From Patescibacteria group bacterium (GTDB lineage: Bacteria > Patescibacteriota > JAHJAL01), in assembly GCA_041648895.1 (NCBI GenBank), contig JBAZOB010000003.1, positions 1-60,551 on the forward strand: DNA of 60,551 nt, read 5' to 3'. Shown here one piece after another: positions 27,463 to 36,392 of this stretch (within the stretch, counting starts at the first letter, position 1; every line of letters begins with the position of its first letter). The notes beneath the pieces were generated by a model. The model did no database searches, was not told where the DNA came from, and saw only the letters and a list, made by a program, of their open reading frames with translations. A program made the position numbers and the translations under genes.

Positions 27463-28113
27463 ATGCAAAAATTTGATCGTTTAAAAAAAGTGCTGTGGAT
27501 TTTTCTGTTGGCGGTGGTAGCGATTATCATTGTTACTTTTTTGATGTACATGACTTTTCCGGGGGGACTGCGGGATCGCCAGGCGGAAAATAATTTGGCG
27601 GAAAAAGTGGAAGAGATTGAGTTATCGGGGCAGGTGACTTTTCAGGATGAAAACAAGATTACTTTATTGGTGTCGGGTGGTTTGAGCCAGGATCTGGTTT
27701 TGGCCGACCAGGTGGTTTTCCAGGTGCGTAACCCGATGACCAATGATTATACCAATCTGGATACCGGTTATGATTTGACTGGACTATATGTCTTTGTGGA
27801 AACTAGTTATAACGGTCAGACCTATACGGCCAACAAGGTTAAAGCGGAGCAGGCCACGACTGTTTCGGGGCGGGTGGTCAGCGTGGGTGAATCTAGTTTT
27901 CAGATAGAAGATTATACGGGTGCGGTTTATGAGGTGTTAGTTACTGAGCATACTTCATATTTTATGGCTGGATCGACTGAACGTTTCAGTCTGGCGAATG
28001 TGGCGATTGACGACAATGTGGTGGCGACTTCGGCGTTGTTACTATCGACAGATAATAAAGTAGCGGCGGATTGGGTGGAGATTATTGATAGTAGTTTATT
28101 TGTGACCGAGTAA
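27463..28113 (+). CDS. Membrane-anchored hypothetical protein
   Basis: The start was moved to ATG 27463 (MQKFDRLKK). One TM helix, then a beta-rich ectodomain. Confidence 0.45.
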   Translation: MQKFDRLKKVLWIFLLAVVAIIIVTFLMYMTFPGGLRDRQAENNLAEKVEEIELSGQVTFQDENKITLLVSGGLSQDLVLADQVVFQVRNPMTNDYTNLDTGYDLTGLYVFVETSYNGQTYTANKVKAEQATTVSGRVVSVGESSFQIEDYTGAVYEVLVTEHTSYFMAGSTERFSLANVAIDDNVVATSALLLSTDNKVAADWVEIIDSSLFVTE

Positions 28114-28118
28114 TATTA

Positions 28119-28742
28119 ATGATTATGGCTGGCAGGACAAAAAAAATTATTGATGTGGTGAAGATGGCTGGTTTTTTGGTGCTGGGGATGTTATTGGTGT
28201 ATGCGATATTTGTGTTGGTGAATTTGAGTTTATTAAATAATACTAAGCAAGAAAAATTAGTGGAGGAATCAGAGGAAGTCGAGAGTAGTGAATTACATTT
28301 ATCGGATTATTCAGTAACTGGTCAATTACTTGCTGTATATGATGATCGAGTAGAATATTTTGATTCGGCTGGTGAAAAACAGATTATTAATGCGAATAAT
28401 CAATATAATGTATATAAAATTAATGGCGAAGACTCGGTTGAAATAAATATTAATGAAGTGTTGAACGAAGAAGTAAAATTTTATATTGTGAATAATAATC
28501 TTGAAGAGATTATTTATATTCCTTTTAATTATTACTATTCAGAGGTAGATAATATTGGTGATAATATAATAGAATTAAATAATGGTTTGAGTCTGGAAAT
28601 AAACGATGAAACAAAATTTGAGGGTTACGATGAATATAGTATTGAAGGTTTGACTTCATTGATCATTGGTGATTCGGTGTATGTAAGAACTTATAATAAA
28701 AGTAATTTGATTGATTATATTAGACTATTAGTTAGACATTAA
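28119..28742 (+). CDS. Membrane-anchored hypothetical protein
   Basis: One N-terminal TM helix, then an acidic N/E/I-rich ectodomain. The stop overlaps the start of the next gene. Confidence 0.45.
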   Translation: MIMAGRTKKIIDVVKMAGFLVLGMLLVYAIFVLVNLSLLNNTKQEKLVEESEEVESSELHLSDYSVTGQLLAVYDDRVEYFDSAGEKQIINANNQYNVYKINGEDSVEININEVLNEEVKFYIVNNNLEEIIYIPFNYYYSEVDNIGDNIIELNNGLSLEINDETKFEGYDEYSIEGLTSLIIGDSVYVRTYNKSNLIDYIRLLVRH

Positions 28743-30526
28743 TGAATATTAATATAAAAATTGTTTTAGTATCAGTATCATTTTTAATGATTATTTTAGT
28801 TGGTATTGCCAAAGGCGCTGATAATAAATATAAATCATTTGGTGATCGTGGTGTTTGCCAGCATGTTTCTGGTGATCCAATTTGTACATCTACTCCGCCA
28901 ACAATTTCGGCTAGTAAAACTTCGGCTGGTTTTAGTATTACTGCAACAACTAAGTATGGATCAAATAGTTTTAGTGCTCCATACCTGGATCCCAATGGCC
29001 CGGCGGATTGCTGCAGTGCAGATCTGGCTTGGAAAGCTGTAGTATATAGAGGATTTAATAGTTCAAATGAAACCACGTACACGTATAATGGGCATAACAT
29101 AAGAATTAGGTATGTTCCTTCATTTTATCATGACACGAATAGTGATTATATTGGCACTATTATCAAACCAGATCCTGTATTTAATTATGATGAAGCAAGA
29201 TTTAATTTTGCTGATTATGCTGGCAATAGTACTATTATTGCCACATGGATGGGAGTTCGAGCGGATGGCGTTTTGGTCAAAAATGCTATTACAGACAGTG
29301 ACGCTTCTTTGATTCTGTGCATTTATAAATCAACTAATCCGATAGGGTGTTTTGGTGGGGCTGCTAACCCTCGGCCGACAGCAGCGGAAATTACTTCATT
29401 TCGAAATTTTGTGAATGGTTTTGTGTCATCAGCAAGTGTTAATACAATTTTTTATCAAACAGTCTGGGAAAGTAATTGGGGTGGTGGGGAAGCATGTAAT
29501 TTTACTGGTCCCGCGATTAACAATTCATTCACTGGGACTATTAATAAAAATTATGTTTTTGATAGTAATCTAAAATATCGAATTGGATTACATGAACAAG
29601 TTGGTTCAGAGAATTGCATTGGTGATGAGGTTAATTCATTAGACAATTTTCGCTGGCGTACTCCTGTTGATTTACTTATAACTACTCCTCAACCTGGTCA
29701 GTGTGGTGAAGCCAATACTCATCATTTTGCATACAATGAAGCAACTTATACTTCTACATATGACCAATGTAATATAGGTAGTCCCAGCAGCACAGCTTTT
29801 CCGGCTCAGGGCAGTTCAGCGGCTTGGACTTGTAGCGGAGCAGATGGTGGTTCTCCAAGCGGTACTTGTACTGCTTATCGCGCAGCGGCACTAATAAATG
29901 GCGATTGTAGTTCTACGAAATATTTATGTGACGCAGGTGATGCTACTTCATCGTATGACACTATAGATTATTATAAATGGGATTGTATTGGTAGAAATGG
30001 CGGAACAAATGCTCAGTGTAGTATACCTAAGCCTGGTGATTGTGGTGGTGCGGCTACGTATTATACCGAAACAGCTTCATTTTTAACTGGCAGGGAGTGT
30101 GATATTGGTTCGGTGGTTGATAAATCTGTTAGTAATTTGAATCCTGCTCCTGGTGGACGGACGACTTGGCGTTGTCAGGTATTGCCGGGGGGTACGAAAA
30201 GTCCAACTTGCACGGCAACTAGGGAATTGATTGGGCGATGCGGTGTCGCGCAGGGTGAATATCTTGGTTCGGAATCAACATATCGTTCGCCATATTGTGC
30301 GGCGGGGACGGCGACAAGTTTGGATGTAAATGTTAATACCGGCCGACCTTTCCCTGATTTTGGCGATACGATTGATGAGGCTTGGAAATGTAATGGGGGT
30401 GCATATGGCGGGGCTAGCCCGACTTGTTCAGTCAGTCGCAAATCAATGGTGGATGGAGCGTGTCCGGAGTGTGGAACGAAGTATATGAATATTAGTATTA
30501 GCGTGCCTTTGGTAAGGTGTAGTTAA
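28742..30526 (+). CDS. Secreted Cys-rich protein with four tandem C-x-C...W-x-C-x-G-x-x-G-G...C repeats
   Basis: Signal/TM at the N-terminus. The repeats end AWTCSGADGGSPSGTCTA, YKWDCIGRNGGTNAQCSI, TTWRCQVLPGGTKSPTCTA and EAWKCNGGAYGGASPTCSV. Each is preceded by a G-x-C-G/S...C-x-x-G segment. Confidence 0.6.
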   Translation: MNINIKIVLVSVSFLMIILVGIAKGADNKYKSFGDRGVCQHVSGDPICTSTPPTISASKTSAGFSITATTKYGSNSFSAPYLDPNGPADCCSADLAWKAVVYRGFNSSNETTYTYNGHNIRIRYVPSFYHDTNSDYIGTIIKPDPVFNYDEARFNFADYAGNSTIIATWMGVRADGVLVKNAITDSDASLILCIYKSTNPIGCFGGAANPRPTAAEITSFRNFVNGFVSSASVNTIFYQTVWESNWGGGEACNFTGPAINNSFTGTINKNYVFDSNLKYRIGLHEQVGSENCIGDEVNSLDNFRWRTPVDLLITTPQPGQCGEANTHHFAYNEATYTSTYDQCNIGSPSSTAFPAQGSSAAWTCSGADGGSPSGTCTAYRAAALINGDCSSTKYLCDAGDATSSYDTIDYYKWDCIGRNGGTNAQCSIPKPGDCGGAATYYTETASFLTGRECDIGSVVDKSVSNLNPAPGGRTTWRCQVLPGGTKSPTCTATRELIGRCGVAQGEYLGSESTYRSPYCAAGTATSLDVNVNTGRPFPDFGDTIDEAWKCNGGAYGGASPTCSVSRKSMVDGACPECGTKYMNISISVPLVRCS

Positions 30527-30541
30527 TTTATCGCGTAACTT

Positions 30542-32737
30542 ATGAAAAAAAGTTTTTTATTGATTAATAGTGTTTTAGTATTGACTATTTTGTTGGTAAT
30601 AGCCTTAATTGGAATAAAAGTAGTCAAAGCCCAATTTCCGACCGGACCTTCCGGACCGGCCGGATGTTGGTGTGAACAAATTACCGGTAGTTGTGGTACT
30701 ACACCTATTAGTTGTCCGGCTGGTACAGTTGGGACGGCGGTAAGTCGTTGTCATAAGGTTAGTTATCGAAAAGTATGTTCGCCTGGTGCACCAAATCAAG
30801 TATTGAATTGTCCAGCTGCCAGTGAAACCTGGGAAGATGATTTTTCAGGTTGTCGAACAGTTTCAGGTACGATTTCGGCTAGTGGCACATGTAGCGGGAG
30901 TAGTCCGGCAGTTAATTTAACTTGGAATATTACCGGGGTTTCCAGTTGTTATGTATTTAGAGAAGGCCGGGGATCATCAATTTTTAGTACCAGTTGCAAT
31001 ACATCGTACACTGATAAAGATAGTAGTTTGAGACTTGGGACAAGTTATAACTATTATGTTTCTGATACTAGTAGTGGTGCCAATAGAATTGCCAGTGCTA
31101 GTGCTATTACCCCATCTTCTTGCGGTAGTCCGACGCCGAGTAATTTACCTTGTCAATCAAGTTGCACTGCAACTTCTCAATGTACCCAAGGTTTGACTTG
31201 TGTGGAAGGTAAGTGTGTTAATAATAATTGCGCGACTGACACAGATTGTGTTTGTGGTAATGTGCCATCCCAAACATACTCAGCAACATTAACTGGTCCG
31301 GTGGAGGTAAATGTCGGGCAGAGTTTTAATCTAAATTGGACCTGTTCTTCATCGATACAAGGAAGAAACTTGACGGCGGTAAGAATGGATGCATCACCCG
31401 CTCCAAGTGGATGGAACAGGGTAATGTCGACGACTGCCAACGGGGTGATATCGACTCAAATAAATGAGCCAACAGATTTTCATGTCTATTGTTTTTGGGG
31501 GATTGATATGGCAGAAGCAAGAAAGTCAGTTGGAATTATCGCGGCAGTGAATACTCCACCAACTGGCAGTCTGACTGTCAATGATTGTGGTCTGGTTACA
31601 GCCAATGTTTCTGATACCAACAATACTAGTGGTGGTAATATGACGGTCCGACTGTATGGTCGGGTGGAAGGTAGTAGTACGTTGCGTTTGATTACTTTGT
31701 CATCTCCTTATTCATCCGGCAGCATTCCGGCCAATCAAAGTGTAACTTTGTCTTTTGATCAAAATGCTTTTGCCCGAAGTTACGGATATGGAAGAACTTA
31801 TTTATATTTGGATACTAGGGATATATTGCCGAATGGTAGTGCCGGTTCATATGTCCGGGTGGTTGGCGGTAGCGCGGCCGATTCGTATGTAATTAATAAT
31901 CCAGCTACTTATTCTGGTCAGTGTGATGTTTCTTATAAATTATTGGTCAACGACGATGATAAAACTTGTCAGGTGGTTGGTAGTATAGTTAATCCCGATG
32001 GTTCTTGCCAATTGCCTGGAGCGAATAATTTTGTATGGAAAGCTCCTGTAAGAGAGTTTATGCAGGATTATGGCGGAGATATTAAGGTGAAAATGGTGGG
32101 CAATGCGAGATCTTATGCAAATACTGATAATGACAGGTGTAATGTACCAGAAACAGATGATGAACAAACATTTTTTGAAGATACATTTACACGCGAGTGT
32201 GCTATCCCGGATAGTATAAAGATTACAGATTTGTCAAATAATGAGGATGTTGATGGAGACAAGCCAGTTGTGATATATAGCCAGCCGGCGTTGGGGCAAC
32301 CGAGGTATGATGATGTGTTGGCTGAGGCTCAATGTACAGATGGAACATTATTTAATTTGGATGCTGCAAATATAATTGAGGGAAATAGTGGAAAGTGGGA
32401 ATATGGCGATTTGGCAGATTGCAGTTATAGTTCAGTCGATGGTTCTATTCCACCTTTTAATATTAAACGCCAATCAGGATTTGATATATATCGAATTACC
32501 GCCGGAGATAATGCTACTGATTGTGACGGTTCAGTTCGGGCAATAATTATTAATTATGTTTTGCTTGATCGGGGCGGTTCGGGAGAATTGGAATTTTGGG
32601 GACGGTTAACAGGTACGAAAACCGTTGAAGTGAAGGCGGGCGATCGGGTTTCGGAAGAGTTCAAATATACCGGTGATGTGATCACCAATCCACCGCCGGG
32701 GTTTGATAAGTTTATAGAGCCGTATGTTGGGGAATAA
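30542..32737 (+). CDS. Large secreted Cys-rich protein, function unknown
   Basis: N-terminal signal/TM and numerous Cys pairs in the first 240 aa. A hairpin+T terminator follows at about 32763..32795. Confidence 0.5.
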   Translation: MKKSFLLINSVLVLTILLVIALIGIKVVKAQFPTGPSGPAGCWCEQITGSCGTTPISCPAGTVGTAVSRCHKVSYRKVCSPGAPNQVLNCPAASETWEDDFSGCRTVSGTISASGTCSGSSPAVNLTWNITGVSSCYVFREGRGSSIFSTSCNTSYTDKDSSLRLGTSYNYYVSDTSSGANRIASASAITPSSCGSPTPSNLPCQSSCTATSQCTQGLTCVEGKCVNNNCATDTDCVCGNVPSQTYSATLTGPVEVNVGQSFNLNWTCSSSIQGRNLTAVRMDASPAPSGWNRVMSTTANGVISTQINEPTDFHVYCFWGIDMAEARKSVGIIAAVNTPPTGSLTVNDCGLVTANVSDTNNTSGGNMTVRLYGRVEGSSTLRLITLSSPYSSGSIPANQSVTLSFDQNAFARSYGYGRTYLYLDTRDILPNGSAGSYVRVVGGSAADSYVINNPATYSGQCDVSYKLLVNDDDKTCQVVGSIVNPDGSCQLPGANNFVWKAPVREFMQDYGGDIKVKMVGNARSYANTDNDRCNVPETDDEQTFFEDTFTRECAIPDSIKITDLSNNEDVDGDKPVVIYSQPALGQPRYDDVLAEAQCTDGTLFNLDAANIIEGNSGKWEYGDLADCSYSSVDGSIPPFNIKRQSGFDIYRITAGDNATDCDGSVRAIIINYVLLDRGGSGELEFWGRLTGTKTVEVKAGDRVSEEFKYTGDVITNPPPGFDKFIEPYVGE

Positions 32738-32797
32738 ATAGAATAATTTTTGATTAAATATAAAAACGTTTGTCGGATTTGGCAGACGTTTTTTGTT

Positions 32798-32871
32798 ACG
32801 CGTTACGTTTATTTTGAAAAAATACATTTGGTTTAAACGCGTAGAGACGTTGCATGCAACGTCTCTACGCG
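32798..32871. repeat. REP-like unit R1 (74 bp) containing the 28-nt perfect palindrome gtagagacgttgcatgcaacgtctctac
   Basis: Identical to 33632..33705 in direct orientation. It lies just 3' of the RAYT-like gene. Confidence 0.85.
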
Positions 32872-32927
32872 GGCAATTTTCCGTTATTGTTTGATATTTA
32901 TTGATGGCGTTTAAAAAAACGTAATAA

Positions 32928-33527
32928 TTACCGGATTCCATTATTTCGATCCCGATTCCATAAAACCGGATTATTTTGTATATAGGCATAAATTTTCTCA
33001 TATTCGATTTGGTTACGGATAATATGATCATGGTACAGTGATTGCCAACGAAAATCAGGATTGGTTTGGCAAATATTATTTGTACAGGCGGTTTTGTATG
33101 AACGGATAATGATCGGCAATGAATGTGGTTTGGGCGATATTTGTGACATTGTATAGACGTTGCATGCAACGTCTGTACGCGTGGCCATCGCGTTAATATT
33201 TGAATTGGACGTATCACGTTTATTTATCATCGAATATGACATTGACGGATTATTTATTATTTCCAGTATTCCATGCATATGATTGGGCATAATGACATGA
33301 ATGTGTGATATTGACAACGGAAAATGCTGGGGTATTTGTTGCCAGCAACGGTCGGCAATTTTCCCCATTTTGTTTAAATGCATGATTTTATTTTTTATGT
33401 GACCAAAATAATGTTGGCGCCGGTGGGTACAGACAGTGATAAAATAATATCCAGCGGTGCGGTAATTATGGCCCGATAAACGGGCGGATTGAATACGGTA
33501 TTTGTTTTGGTATAAATGGTTGGACAT
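32928..33527 (-). CDS. REP-associated tyrosine transposase-like (IS200/IS605-type Y1 HUH) protein
   Basis: N-terminal YQNKYRIQSARL..GYYFITVCT, HUH motif IMPNHMHGIL, C-terminal FRWQSLYHDHIIRN. The coding sequence contains an in-frame copy of the palindrome (TRTDVACNVYT, 33151..33202). Confidence 0.75.
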   Translation of the reverse strand: MSNHLYQNKYRIQSARLSGHNYRTAGYYFITVCTHRRQHYFGHIKNKIMHLNKMGKIADRCWQQIPQHFPLSISHIHVIMPNHMHGILEIINNPSMSYSMINKRDTSNSNINAMATRTDVACNVYTMSQISPKPHSLPIIIRSYKTACTNNICQTNPDFRWQSLYHDHIIRNQIEYEKIYAYIQNNPVLWNRDRNNGIR

Positions 33528-33631
33528 TTCATAAATTGATTATTTTATTTTAAGTTATCAATTACGAAATGATGGAAAAATAAATGATTGGTTATTTTTT
33601 GGTTAATTTGTTGTTTATTGGCGTTTGTTTG

Positions 33632-33726
33632 ACGCGTTACGTTTATTTTGAAAAAATACATTTGGTTTAAACGCGTAGAGACGTTGCATGCAACGTCTCT
33701 ACGCGCGGCCATCGCGTTAATATTTG
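33632..33726. repeat. REP-like unit R3 (74-bp unit plus a 21-bp tail)
   Basis: The 74 bp are identical to R1. The tail cggccatcgcgttaatatttg also follows the internal copy at 33181..33202. ORF 33545..33757 is a translation of this repeat and is spurious. Confidence 0.85.
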
Positions 33727-33833
33727 TGTATACCATTAACGTTTCAATGTTCCCCATATAAAATATTTTCTATATCATTGACATTTTCAATAAAGAAATG
33801 CTATAATGTACGGATTTATCAAATAATATCCAA

Positions 33834-34811
33834 ATGATCGATTCCTGTCCAAATGTTATCGGAATAGATATCTCGAGTAGCAGCGTCAAAGCGGTGTGCT
33901 TGGATAAAAATGGTATTTTAAAATCATATGGCGTGGCGGATTTACCGGCAGCGGCGACTGATACGGATGTGATCTTGGCGTTAAAAAGTGTGATTGGCGA
34001 AAAGTGCGGGGAATGTCGGGCCAATATTGGATTGCGCGGATTAGATGTTTTGACCAAGTCTTTGACGGTCAAATATGGCTCGGCGGTGGAGATTGAAAAG
34101 CAGGTGGAAGAGCATTTGTCAGAGTTTTTACCGGTAGAAAGAGAAGAAGTGGTAGTTAGCTGGGAGGTGGTGGGCAAAGAGAATAACCAGGTTAAGATGA
34201 TATTGATCGTTGTTCCCAAAAAAGTGTTGGAGAGATACAAACGTCTGATTGACGGAGTGGGAATTGCGGTCAACAATTACGAAATCAATGCTTTTTCTTT
34301 AAAAAGATCATTGGTGACTAATTCCAATAACAAAACAGTGATGGTGGCCGATATGCATAGTGATGAGACGGATATTGAGGTATTTGCCGGTGATGATTTG
34401 ATTTTGGACAAAACTATTCCCATTGGCGGTAAACGAATTACCAAGGAATTATCACAACGAAAGATGATTTCGATTGAGGAAGCGGAACGGGAAAAAAGAG
34501 CCAATAAAGAGATCGAGGAACAAATGGTCTATGAAATATACAAGCCTTTGCGTGATGATATTGTGAGTGAAATTGTCAAAGTGGCTTCCATGATTAGAAT
34601 CGAATACGGAATTGAGATTAATAAAATAGTTTTATCAGGTGGCGATTACAATTCCAGTCAATGGCGGGAATTGGTGCTAGAGGATTCGAGTAAATTAGCG
34701 ACCGTGGAAGTTAAAACACCAGAAGCAATTACCCAAAGTAGTGTACTTTTCAAGGAAGTGGGTGAGAAAATGCGCCTGGCCAATGCGGTGGGACTAGCTT
34801 TAAAGAAATAA
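33834..34811 (+). CDS. pilM: Type IV pilus assembly protein PilM (actin-like ATPase fold)
   Basis: N-terminal GIDISSSSVKAV phosphate-1 motif, length about 325 aa, first gene of the pilMNO order. Confidence 0.8.
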   Translation: MIDSCPNVIGIDISSSSVKAVCLDKNGILKSYGVADLPAAATDTDVILALKSVIGEKCGECRANIGLRGLDVLTKSLTVKYGSAVEIEKQVEEHLSEFLPVEREEVVVSWEVVGKENNQVKMILIVVPKKVLERYKRLIDGVGIAVNNYEINAFSLKRSLVTNSNNKTVMVADMHSDETDIEVFAGDDLILDKTIPIGGKRITKELSQRKMISIEEAEREKRANKEIEEQMVYEIYKPLRDDIVSEIVKVASMIRIEYGIEINKIVLSGGDYNSSQWRELVLEDSSKLATVEVKTPEAITQSSVLFKEVGEKMRLANAVGLALKK

Positions 34812-34843
34812 TTTAGTAAAAATAAATATAAATAATAAATAAG

Positions 34844-35497
34844 ATGGAAATTTCAATCGAATCAAAGCAGGGCGTGGAATTGGATCAATATCCGGTTTAT
34901 ACCATGCCGGTCATAGTCAGCTCAATCGTTGTTTTGTTGGTGACGCTAATAGTGGGTGGGGCTTTGATGTATATGGATTCATCACAAGCTAAGCAAACAG
35001 CCGCTCTCAATGATCAGATTGCTGTGATTGACGCCGATATCAAGAAGAAAGATGTCGAGGGTGAGGTGTTTAAACAGGCGGAAAGAATGACCAAAGCCAC
35101 CAAAATTTTTGACGATTATGTAGCTTATGGTTTGGATTGGGATAAATTTTTGACCAAGTTAGGCGATATTACCTTGAATGAAGTGACTTATTCTTCGTTT
35201 ATTGTCAATCGCTCTGATCGTTCATTTTCCATCGATGGGGTGGCGCCAAGTTATCGCGTAATTGCCGAACAATTGAATGTGTTTAAAAATGAGGTTGATT
35301 TTCAACAAGTAGTGCTAAAAACGGCTGTTTTGCGGCCCGACAGTGAGAGTGCCAGTCGAGTGGCTTTTAGTCTGGAACTGAAGCCGACCGCCGAGGCATT
35401 TAAGACAGAAGTTGTTGAGGAAGATGTGTTTAATTTAATATCAGGCGACGAGGAAGTAACCACTGATAACGCTGATATGACGGTGACAAGTAATTAA
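34844..35497 (+). CDS. pilN: PilN-like pilus assembly protein
   Basis: Single N-terminal TM helix and a coiled-coil then ferredoxin-like periplasmic part. The position after pilM supports the call. Confidence 0.6.
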   Translation: MEISIESKQGVELDQYPVYTMPVIVSSIVVLLVTLIVGGALMYMDSSQAKQTAALNDQIAVIDADIKKKDVEGEVFKQAERMTKATKIFDDYVAYGLDWDKFLTKLGDITLNEVTYSSFIVNRSDRSFSIDGVAPSYRVIAEQLNVFKNEVDFQQVVLKTAVLRPDSESASRVAFSLELKPTAEAFKTEVVEEDVFNLISGDEEVTTDNADMTVTSN

Positions 35498-35537
35498 CAG
35501 GTGAATTTAATAATTATTAAAAAAAATAAACATAAAC

Positions 35538-36107
35538 ATGAAAAAACAAGCCATAAAATTATACGAGAAAAAGCAAGTGCCAATGCTAGTTGGCGTTATG
35601 ACCGTACTAGCTGTGGCGTTGGTGATGAACTACTGGATCATGCCTCTTTGGGATACGGTGCGAAGTGGGCAACTGCGTTATGAAGCTGCCGGATCAGAAT
35701 TGGAGGCCAAACAGAAAGAACTGAACGCGGTGGAGAGATTTATGATTTTCTTAAACAAAGAAACTGACAAAATAAATTTACTAAATGATGTCGTTCCAGT
35801 TGAGGATAGTGTTGATGATATTATGATCCAGGTGGAACGGATGGCGGTCAATAATTCTTTGTTTGTCAAAAGTTTGTCAGTGGTGGAACCCGACAAAAAG
35901 GATGTAGTGGAGATTGATAACGCGGACGAGGTTAAAATTATGGTTCAACTTGAGGGAGAATATCCGGATTTGTTGAATTTTATCCAGGAGATGCAAAATA
36001 GTACCCGTTTGGTTTTGGTCAATAAATATAGTACGGCCAGTAATATTGAAGCGACTGATCAGGAAGTGGTACATACATTGGAGATGTCAGTACTTTATAA
36101 GAAATAA
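35538..36107 (+). CDS. pilO: PilO-like pilus assembly protein
   Basis: N-terminal TM helix, coiled-coil (LEAKQKELNAVE), position after pilN. ORF 35501..35683 is an alternative-frame artefact. Confidence 0.6.
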   Translation: MKKQAIKLYEKKQVPMLVGVMTVLAVALVMNYWIMPLWDTVRSGQLRYEAAGSELEAKQKELNAVERFMIFLNKETDKINLLNDVVPVEDSVDDIMIQVERMAVNNSLFVKSLSVVEPDKKDVVEIDNADEVKIMVQLEGEYPDLLNFIQEMQNSTRLVLVNKYSTASNIEATDQEVVHTLEMSVLYKK

Positions 36108-36127
36108 TATAAAATTATAATAAAAAT

Positions 36128-36382
36128 ATGAAAAAGTCTTGGATAATTGGTATCATCATTGTTTTGATCTACATGGCCGCTGCTCTCGGTGCTTCTTGGT
36201 ATTATAGTTTCCCGACTTTAACTGAACGGCAAGCGGTACATATTTTGCCCAAAGTGGTCAATGCCAATCCAATTACGGATGAAGCGATGAAGCAAATGAG
36301 TGAACGTCAAAAATATGGTGACTGGCCAATTCAGATTTCCGATGAGCGTTTGGGTCGGGCTAACCCGTTTAGGATTAAATAA
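36128..36382 (+). CDS. Small membrane-anchored protein in the pilus operon
   Basis: N-terminal TM helix (WIIGIIIVLIYMAAALG), 84 aa. No family was recognised. Confidence 0.45.
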   Translation: MKKSWIIGIIIVLIYMAAALGASWYYSFPTLTERQAVHILPKVVNANPITDEAMKQMSERQKYGDWPIQISDERLGRANPFRIK

Positions 36383-36392
36383 TTTTAAATTG

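Noticed and set aside
32606-33217. 203-aa ORF on the minus strand overlapping the RAYT gene and the end of 30542..32737
   Set aside because: It is an alternative frame through REP units and two better-supported genes, with no recognisable motifs.
33545-33757. 70-aa ORF (…NINAMAARRDVACNVSTRLNQMYFFKINVTRQ…)
   Set aside because: It is entirely a translation of REP unit R3. The same peptide-like string recurs wherever the repeat occurs.
33770-34276. 168-aa ORF on the minus strand
   Set aside because: It lies antisense to the well-supported pilM gene and has a low-complexity S/T/L-rich translation.
36300-36392. Extended PilB N-terminus from the ORF-track start at 36300
   Set aside because: It would overlap the preceding small ORF by 83 nt in another frame. 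ATG 36393 (MQELIHKNSF...) lies just after that gene's stop and gives a normal GspE N-terminus.
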